A stretch of 64,000 nucleotides of DNA. Origin: an uncultured Spirochaetota bacterium. GTDB lineage: Bacteria; Spirochaetota; Spirochaetia; SZUA-6; Fen-1364. The stretch covers positions 285,299 to 349,298 of the forward strand of contig CAWGAA010000001.1 in the NCBI GenBank assembly GCA_963820525.1, read 5' to 3'. Within the stretch, counting starts at the first letter, position 1, and every line of letters starts with the position of its first letter. Of this stretch, positions 57,858 to 64,000 are shown piece after piece. The translations under genes were made by a program, and so were the position numbers. The notes under the pieces were generated by a model, which searched no databases, was not told the origin of the DNA, and saw only the letters and a list, made by a program, of their open reading frames with translations.

Positions 57858-59224
57858 CGGGCCTCTCCTTGAAGCTCGCCCCGCGGCGGCACCCCGCTTG
57901 GCGGCTCGCTGGATGTACCTTGAAGCTCGCCCCGCGGCGGCACCCCGCTTGGCGGCTCGCTGGATGTACCTTGAAGCTCGCCCCGCGGCGGCACCCCGCT
58001 TGGCGGCTCGCTGGATGTACCTTGAAGCTCGCCCCGCGGCGGCACCCCGCTTGGCGGCTCGCTGGATGTACCTTTGTAGTCGATCAGCATCTTCTCCTTC
58101 TGCGGGATGGGCAGCGTGATGGTGAAGGTTGCCCCTTCGCCGGGCTTGGAGGAGACGGAGATGTCGCCGAAATGTTCCTTGACGATCTTGAATACTATCG
58201 TGAGCCCGAGGCCGGTGCCGAAGGGCTTCGTGCTGAAGTACGGCTCGAAGATCTTGTCCATGATCTGCTCGGGGATGCCGGTGCCCGTGTCGGAGACCCG
58301 TATCTGCACCGAGTCTCCCGAGCGCAGGGTCTGGACCCGCAGGCTCCCTCCCTCGGGCATGGCGGATACGGCGTTCTTGATGAGGTTGAGCAGCGCCTGC
58401 TTGATGAAGCGGGCGTCGATGCGCAGCATCGGGACCGAGGCGGAAAGGTCGCTTTCAATCTTCACGCCTGCCTGCTCCAGCTCGGGGCGCACGAAATCGA
58501 GCAGCTCCGTGATGACCTGATTGATGTTGCCGTCCTCCAGCCGGGTATCCATCGGCTTCACGGCGAAGAGGAAATCCACGACGATCCTGTTGAGCCTGTC
58601 GACTTCCTCGTTTATCACGGCAAGGTACTGGCTGATATCCTTGGCCATGATCCTGCTCTTGCTGTTGATCTTCTTCTGAATGAGCTGGAGATGGATCCCG
58701 ATGGAGCCCAGGGGATTCTTGATCTCGTGGGCCACCCCCGCGGCCAGGTTGGTGAGCGATGCCAGGCTCTCAGCTCTTCGAAGCCGCGCCTCCTTGGAGC
58801 GCTTCTCCGTCACGTCTTCGATATGGACCAGATTGCCTTGGATGCTGCCCCCTCTCACCAGGGGCAGGATGCTGATGGACAGTATTCGCGGGGCACCGCT
58901 GTCCAGGATGAACTCGCGGTCCGCCACCTTCTCCTGGTTTGCCAGCTTCTCCTCAAGGAAAGCGGAGATCTCGCGGTCCGACAGCGCCTCCCAGAGGAGC
59001 TTCTCTAGGATATCCTCCCCGCGCAGCGAGAGAAGCCTGTCCGCCGCCTTGTTGAAGAGGATGATCCGGTGCTCCCTGTCGGTGACGACGATGCCGTCCG
59101 TCATGGACTCCAGGACCATTGCAAGGAGGTCGTTCTCGTCGGCGATGCGCAAAAGGAGGCCGCCGATCTGGTCCCTGTCCATCTTGCCGATCTTCTCCAG
59201 GGCCTTGCGGATGAACTTCCTCAT
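57854..59224 (-). CDS. Cytoplasmic PAS-domain sensor histidine kinase with a repeat-containing C-terminal tail
   Basis: A PAS domain, H-box HEIKNPL, an HATPase_c domain, then 4 copies of GTSSEPPSGVPPRGELQ. The start overlaps the holB stop (ATGA). Confidence 0.85.
   Translation of the reverse strand: MRKFIRKALEKIGKMDRDQIGGLLLRIADENDLLAMVLESMTDGIVVTDREHRIILFNKAADRLLSLRGEDILEKLLWEALSDREISAFLEEKLANQEKVADREFILDSGAPRILSISILPLVRGGSIQGNLVHIEDVTEKRSKEARLRRAESLASLTNLAAGVAHEIKNPLGSIGIHLQLIQKKINSKSRIMAKDISQYLAVINEEVDRLNRIVVDFLFAVKPMDTRLEDGNINQVITELLDFVRPELEQAGVKIESDLSASVPMLRIDARFIKQALLNLIKNAVSAMPEGGSLRVQTLRSGDSVQIRVSDTGTGIPEQIMDKIFEPYFSTKPFGTGLGLTIVFKIVKEHFGDISVSSKPGEGATFTITLPIPQKEKMLIDYKGTSSEPPSGVPPRGELQGTSSEPPSGVPPRGELQGTSSEPPSGVPPRGELQGTSSEPPSGVPPRGELQGEAR
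57868..58071. repeat. Perfect 51-bp direct tandem repeat, 4 copies, in frame inside the histidine-kinase 3' end
   Basis: cttgaagctcgccccgcggcggcaccccgcttggcggctcgctggatgtac repeated 4 times with no mismatch. Confidence 0.9.
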
Positions 59225-60540
59225 GCGCCGCTCCCCCGGGAACCGCTGCGTTCGGCCGGAGCCGCCGTCTCGCGGGCTGCCGCGCCGGGAATGAAGGAAG
59301 GGCTCCCCCCGGCGGAGAATACGGCCCTCATCTGGAGAAAGAGGCTTTCCACGGTCGCCTGGGGATTCATGTTGTACAGCTCGATCCGCGCCTGGGCCTC
59401 TCGGATGGACCGGTTCCATCCCTCCAGCGTGTCGAGGTCTGCGCTTCGCTGCCGAAGCGCGCATTGGAGGAAGAAGGTGAGCTCTTCGAGGAACGACATG
59501 ACAGCCTCCCGGTCTCGTTGTCCGATCCCGGGGAAAAGATCGCGCATCTCCTTGAGAATGTCGACCGATGGGCCGTCACGCTCCGTCACGCGCTCCATGA
59601 AACTGCGGCAGATTCGCGCAAGCTCCTCGGAATTGATCTCCTTCCATGCGAGGAAAAACGCCCGCAGGCCGAAGTAGCGGCCCGTCTCGTCCCTGAATAT
59701 CTTGGAAAGGACCTCCCTCTCCTCCTCCCGGCTGCGCTGGAGGAAGCTGTAGGGTCTGAGACGCGAGAGGACCGTGGGAATGATGGCGGAACGTCTCGTG
59801 CTGAGCAGGATGAGCCGCACCCCTTCGGGGGGCTCTTCCAGGAGCTTGAGAAGAGCGTTTCGGGCCGATTCCTGCATGCGGTCGGCGTTCTCCACGACGG
59901 CCACCTTCAGTGAGTCGGCCGTCGTGAGATGGGCCCACGTGGAGAGCTTCCTGACCTGGCCGATCGTTATATGGTCGTTCTTCACGACGGCGGCCAAATC
60001 CATGCTCGCCTCGATGATTGCCTGCAGGGCCTTCTCCAGCGCGACCGACCGCGTGGAGCCGCCCCGATTGTCGACGCCCGGCAGGGGCCGGCCCGGCGCG
60101 ACATCGGCCAGCAGCTCCTCGATCTGCGACACTTTCTCCTGCGCGCTCTTCATCCGGGCATCCTCGGCGTCCCAGACAAGGGCATCATAGCGGCGCAAGA
60201 GCTTTCGAACGGCGCGCAGGAAGAGGAATTGCGTCGGGGGCTTCGGATTTCGAATCAAGGCGTCCGCCGAGGCCGCGATCTCGATATCCGCATACCGATA
60301 TCCGAGCAGCACCGTATGCGGGTGCGCCAGCTCCTTCTGCATGCGGCAGGATGTGCATTCGCAGGTCCACGCTCCCGTTCCTTGCCGGCAGGTGAGCACC
60401 CGGGCGGTTTCCAGGGCCGCAGTCAGCTTTCCGCTGTAGGGAGGGCCGAAAAAAAGCGATGCCCGGGGGAACGCGCCTCCAGCCAGGTCCGCCGTCAGGG
60501 TCCGAATGGTTTCCCGCTGACCGATGACGTTCTCAAACAT
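59221..60540 (-). CDS. holB: DNA polymerase III delta' subunit-like (HolB) with a long C-terminal extension
   Basis: N-terminus MFENVIGQRETIRTLTADL...FFGPPYSGK, a Cys-rich Zn module, and 439 aa. Confidence 0.75.
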   Translation of the reverse strand: MFENVIGQRETIRTLTADLAGGAFPRASLFFGPPYSGKLTAALETARVLTCRQGTGAWTCECTSCRMQKELAHPHTVLLGYRYADIEIAASADALIRNPKPPTQFLFLRAVRKLLRRYDALVWDAEDARMKSAQEKVSQIEELLADVAPGRPLPGVDNRGGSTRSVALEKALQAIIEASMDLAAVVKNDHITIGQVRKLSTWAHLTTADSLKVAVVENADRMQESARNALLKLLEEPPEGVRLILLSTRRSAIIPTVLSRLRPYSFLQRSREEEREVLSKIFRDETGRYFGLRAFFLAWKEINSEELARICRSFMERVTERDGPSVDILKEMRDLFPGIGQRDREAVMSFLEELTFFLQCALRQRSADLDTLEGWNRSIREAQARIELYNMNPQATVESLFLQMRAVFSAGGSPSFIPGAAARETAAPAERSGSRGSGA

Positions 60541-61678
60541 TTCTCTCGTCCGCCGTCACGCCGATTCTGTCCAGGATAAGCCGGGCGATCTCCCGCGCCG
60601 GATTTCCCTTGCTCAAGGAACGGGCCTTCTTCCCCATGTCCTCCAGGCGGGTCTTGTCACCCAAGAGCCCGATGACGGCATCGAGGAGCCCGTCGCCCGT
60701 TGCGCCCTCCTGCTGGAGCACGAGCGCGGCCCCGTGAGCGCGGAACAGCTCCGCGTTCCGGACCTGGTCTCCCCGGCTCCCCCCGCTTCGAGGAAGCGGG
60801 ATGAGGATGGAAGGCTTGCCCAGCGCGGCAAGCTCGGCGAGGCTGTTGGCCCCCGCGCGTCCCACGACAAGGTCCGCCGCGGCCATGATATGCGGCAGCT
60901 CTTCACGGAAAAAGGGCGCGGGGAAATATCCCGTCCGTGTCGCCGGCCGGAAATCCTTCTCCCCCATCTGATGGACGACGAAGCAGGCATCATGGAGGCG
61001 AGGAAGGGCAGACTCCACCAATGCATTGATCGCCGAGGATCCCAGGCTCCCGCCCAAAACAAGGACCATTGGCGTTGAAGGGGGACAGCCGACGATGCGC
61101 CTGCCGAGGGCGGGATCTCCGCGGTATATGGCGCTCCTGACGGGGTTTCCCGAGACGACGGCCTTGGCCCGACAGCCGGGCGGGAGAAAGCCGACGGTCT
61201 GGTCGAAGGCGACGAAGATCTTCTCGCAGAAGCGTATGTTGATGCGCGTGGCAAGCCCAGGGTCATAGTCGGATTCATGAGTGAAGCAGGGGATGCCGCA
61301 TAGGGCAGCGGCCACCACGGGCGGAACGCTCACGAATCCTCCCTTGGAAAAAAGGATTGCGGGACGCCGGCGAAGGAGGATGACCATGGAGGCGAAAACG
61401 CCCGCCGCGATCTTGGCCAGGTCCGTTATGTTCGACAGCGAGGCGTACCTTCGGAGCTTTCCCGCGGGAATCCCGTGGAAGGGAATTCCCGCGGACTCAA
61501 CAAGAGCCTTCTCGATACCTCCCCGCGCGCCGATCCAGACCAGCGGTCCTCCCCAGAGACGGGAGATCTCTTCGGCCACGGCAAGACCGGGGAAAACATG
61601 GCCTCCCGTTCCACCTCCGACGATCGCAATTCCCGGCGGTCGAGGCCGCACCGCTTCCCTTGTCAGAGCCCTTGCCAT
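60533..61678 (-). CDS. murG: UDP-N-acetylglucosamine--N-acetylmuramyl-(pentapeptide) pyrophosphoryl-undecaprenol N-acetylglucosamine transferase
   Basis: N-terminus IAIVGGGTGGHVFPGLAVAEE and 381 aa. Confidence 0.9.
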   Translation of the reverse strand: MARALTREAVRPRPPGIAIVGGGTGGHVFPGLAVAEEISRLWGGPLVWIGARGGIEKALVESAGIPFHGIPAGKLRRYASLSNITDLAKIAAGVFASMVILLRRRPAILFSKGGFVSVPPVVAAALCGIPCFTHESDYDPGLATRINIRFCEKIFVAFDQTVGFLPPGCRAKAVVSGNPVRSAIYRGDPALGRRIVGCPPSTPMVLVLGGSLGSSAINALVESALPRLHDACFVVHQMGEKDFRPATRTGYFPAPFFREELPHIMAAADLVVGRAGANSLAELAALGKPSILIPLPRSGGSRGDQVRNAELFRAHGAALVLQQEGATGDGLLDAVIGLLGDKTRLEDMGKKARSLSKGNPAREIARLILDRIGVTADERNV

Positions 61679-61697
61679 AGTCTAATTTCACCATACC

Positions 61698-62468
61698 ATG
61701 AGAAAGCTCCTCCTAGCAATCGCGGCGGTTCTCGGCATGGCCCCCGCGGCCGCCCGCGCCGGCACGGACCGCTACCTCGACGATGCAATTCGTGCCGAGC
61801 TTGGCGCCAAGGGCACGATCTCGCGCGTTTTTCAGGGAAAGGAGCCCATCACACTCATCCCGTCGGTGGGCTCCAGTGCGAGCTTCACCGCCGATGTAGA
61901 GGCGTTCGACGCCACGGTCGGAGTGGAAGTGCTGCGGGCGTTTCCCCGGCCCCTGGCGGCCGGCGATGAATGCCGGGGAATGCTCGGCCTGCTCAACGCC
62001 CTCGCCTCGGTGAGCACCATGAAGGCTCTGCCGTATTGGTCGGTCACGCGGAACAAGGAGTGGACCCTGATCATCGATTCCTACACGGTCGAATCCCCCG
62101 ATAACCACGCGAAGAGACCGGACACGGTCTTCACAGCAGTCCCCGCCGGCGGGAGCTTCTACAGCTATCAGGAAGACTCCACTTTCGGCAAGAACATCTA
62201 CAAGACGAGCTTCATCTCCGGTTCCGACTCACTGTGGGTGAAGACCGAAAACCTCTCCTCCATTTCCTACCTTTTCATTCCGGTGATCCCTGAAAGAGGT
62301 TTTGTCAGCCATACCCTGATCATCGCGGGGGACGCGGAGATCCTGTTCTACGGCGTGGCGCTCCTGCGCACGACCTTTCCGATCGGGGACCGGCAATCGC
62401 GTGCCCAATCCCTCACGAACCGCGTGGTGGCCATGTCGAACTGGCTCAAGGAGAGGCTCGGGCTGTGA
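61698..62468 (+). CDS. Secreted hypothetical protein
   Basis: Has a signal peptide (LLLAIAAVLGMAPAAARA). No recognisable motifs. Confidence 0.4.
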   Translation: MRKLLLAIAAVLGMAPAAARAGTDRYLDDAIRAELGAKGTISRVFQGKEPITLIPSVGSSASFTADVEAFDATVGVEVLRAFPRPLAAGDECRGMLGLLNALASVSTMKALPYWSVTRNKEWTLIIDSYTVESPDNHAKRPDTVFTAVPAGGSFYSYQEDSTFGKNIYKTSFISGSDSLWVKTENLSSISYLFIPVIPERGFVSHTLIIAGDAEILFYGVALLRTTFPIGDRQSRAQSLTNRVVAMSNWLKERLGL

Positions 62469-62582
62469 CGCAGCTTCGGGGCGCGGCCCGGAACCTGTCG
62501 GCGACGCCTTGACGAACAGCCCCCGGCGCGGCTACCTTCTCATTGTCGTGGGGTGGTTCCCCGGGAGCCTTCTGCGGATGGC

Positions 62583-62660
62583 CGCGGGACTTTGCCGGGG
62601 AGCCTGAGATCATACCCGTTGAACCTGATCTGGATAATGCCAGCGCAGGGAACCTGACTC
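62583..62660 (+). ncRNA. TPP (thiamine pyrophosphate) riboswitch aptamer
   Basis: ggggagcCUGAGAucaUACCCgttGAACCUGAUCUGGAUAAUGCCAGCGcAGGGAA is the canonical THI-box core. It sits 70 nt upstream of the thiamine-binding-protein gene. Confidence 0.8.
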
Positions 62661-62726
62661 AAACGATCCCCACATACAAAGCGGCCTGTACGGCCGTGCT
62701 CGACAAGCCTCGTGAAGGGGGAACGT

Positions 62727-63791
62727 ATGACCAGAAACACCGTCTTTCTGATAATCCTCGTCGGCATGCTCCTTTCGGGTCCCGCCTCTCAAGGAGCCGC
62801 CGCGGAGGACCAACCCATCCTGCGTATCCTCACGCATGATTCCTTTTCAGCTTCCAAGGATGTGATCAGCGATTTCGAAAACTCAAACCACGCAAAGCTT
62901 CAGTTCATCACGGGCGGGGACGCGGGAGAAACACTGAACAAAGCCATCCTCTCCAAGGATAATCCGCTCGCCGACGTGATCTACGGCGTTGACAATACAT
63001 TCGCGAGCCGCGCCCTCTCCGCGGACATCCTGGCCCCCTATTCCTCGCCGCTTCTATCCCAGCTGCCGGCCGGCCTGAGGATCGACCCTTCCAATCGTCT
63101 CCTCCCCGTGGATTTCGGCTATGTCTGTCTCATCTACGACAAGGGGTTTTTCGAAAAATCCGGGCTTCCCGTGCCCGCGACGCTCTCCGACCTGGCGAAG
63201 CCGGCCTACAAGAGCCTCCTTGTCGTTGAAAACCCTGCCACGTCCTCTCCAGGACTCGCTTTCCTCTTGGCAACGGTGGCGACTTTCGGCGAGACGGGCG
63301 GCTCTTCGTGGCTCGACTTCTGGCGGGATCTGCGGAAGAACGACGTGCTCGTGGTAAACGGCTGGAGCGATGCGTACAACAACGAGTTCAGCGCCACGGG
63401 CAAGGGGCGCCGCCCCATCATGGTGAGCTATGCCACAGACCCGGCGGCGGACATCTTCTTCGCCTCCGAGCCGAAGCCCGAGCAGCCGAGAGTCGCCGTG
63501 ATAACGCCGCCTCAGGGATCGTTCCGCCAGATCGAGTTCGTCGGGATCCTCAAGGGCGCGAAGGCGCAGGCGCTTGCCCGGGCGTGGATCGACTACATGC
63601 TGTCCGTGAAGTTCCAGCAGGACATCCCCCTGCAGATGTTCGTCTACCCGGCCAATGAAAACGCGAAGCTGCCCGATCTCTTCGTTCGCTTCGCCCCGGT
63701 GCCTTCCCGCCCCGCGGTCCTGGACCCCGCGGCCATCGGAAAGAACCGGGATGACTGGATCAAGCGGTGGACGCAGACCATACTGCGCTGA
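62727..63791 (+). CDS. thiB: Thiamine ABC transporter substrate-binding protein
   Basis: Has a signal peptide and a TbpA/ThiB-like periplasmic-binding fold. It is preceded by a TPP riboswitch and an AGGGGGAA ribosome-binding site. Confidence 0.85.
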   Translation: MTRNTVFLIILVGMLLSGPASQGAAAEDQPILRILTHDSFSASKDVISDFENSNHAKLQFITGGDAGETLNKAILSKDNPLADVIYGVDNTFASRALSADILAPYSSPLLSQLPAGLRIDPSNRLLPVDFGYVCLIYDKGFFEKSGLPVPATLSDLAKPAYKSLLVVENPATSSPGLAFLLATVATFGETGGSSWLDFWRDLRKNDVLVVNGWSDAYNNEFSATGKGRRPIMVSYATDPAADIFFASEPKPEQPRVAVITPPQGSFRQIEFVGILKGAKAQALARAWIDYMLSVKFQQDIPLQMFVYPANENAKLPDLFVRFAPVPSRPAVLDPAAIGKNRDDWIKRWTQTILR

Positions 63792-64000
63792 ACAGGCCGA
63801 GCTTTCGCGGCGCCCGCTCGAAGTGGGCGACGGCGGGACTGTACTGCCTGCCCGTGCTCTTCCTCGCGCTGTTCCTGCTCTACCCGCTAGGCAAGAATTC
63901 TGGCCGTGGGGCTCGCGCCGCTTGCCGCCTCCGGCTTGCAGGGGCTCTCCGGCCTTGTCTCCGATACGGGCCTGTGGGGGCTCATTCTTTCGAGCGCAGG
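63767..64000 (+). CDS. thiP: Thiamine ABC transporter permease (ThiP-like), 3' end truncated by window edge
   Basis: A GTG overlaps the thiB end. A hydrophobic segment (LYCLPVLFLALFLLYPL) follows thiB directly. Confidence 0.4.
   Translation, partial: MDADHTALNRPSFRGARSKWATAGLYCLPVLFLALFLLYPLGKNSGRGARAACRLRLAGALRPCLRYGPVGAHSFERR

Noticed and set aside
57868-58071. Considered whether the tandem repeat could be a CRISPR array.
   Set aside because: The repeats are directly contiguous with no spacers. They lie inside a coding frame, and there are no cas genes.
57844-58119. A plus-strand ORF encoding EARPAAAPRLAARWMYL repeats.
   Set aside because: It is the antisense reading of the 51-bp tandem repeat. 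The repeat is in frame and contiguous with the histidine-kinase ORF on the minus strand, whose stop overlaps the regulator start.

Overview
This is a high-GC (~64%), gene-dense bacterial chromosomal window, mostly housekeeping. Gene order and content resemble Spirochaetota: tamB-bamA-skp-ruvX run, long-form signal peptidases, a groES with no groEL, and MCP/sigma-54 signalling genes. Recognisable operons, in window order:
- tonB-like/tamB/bamA/skp/ruvX.
- yebC-ruvC-ruvA-ruvB-queA.
- hemW-lepB, followed by a second frameshifted lepB.
- smpB followed by a tmRNA gene (tag ANNADFALAA).
- A PCMT fusion translationally coupled to a spermidine-synthase-like membrane protein.
- gmd-fcl (GDP-fucose).
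- rsmI-argH.
- asd-lysC-dapF.
- murG-holB-PAS histidine kinase-NtrC-type regulator-MCP, with ATGA stop/start overlaps.
- A TPP riboswitch ahead of a thiamine ABC transporter.

The accessory-looking content is:
1. A four-gene minus-strand operon (31.8-37.7 kb) of three paralogous STAND-type P-loop NTPases (one fused to a class III nucleotidyl cyclase, one membrane-anchored with periplasmic PEGA domains) plus a predicted outer-membrane protein. This is the best candidate for an undescribed signalling or defence module.
2. An IS1182/IS5-superfamily insertion sequence (49032-50564) with perfect 17-bp inverted repeats and a CTAG duplication. It sits inside a REP-like palindromic repeat whose uninterrupted copy lies at ~14.5 kb.
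3. A perfect 51-bp x4 in-frame tandem repeat in the histidine-kinase C-terminus.
4. A JAB/MPN-DinG helicase fusion.
5. A stand-alone metacaspase-like protease.
6. Two apparent frameshifted genes (the lepB paralog at a homopolymer tract, and a panE-like reductase next to the IS).

No rRNA, tRNA or CRISPR array was seen.
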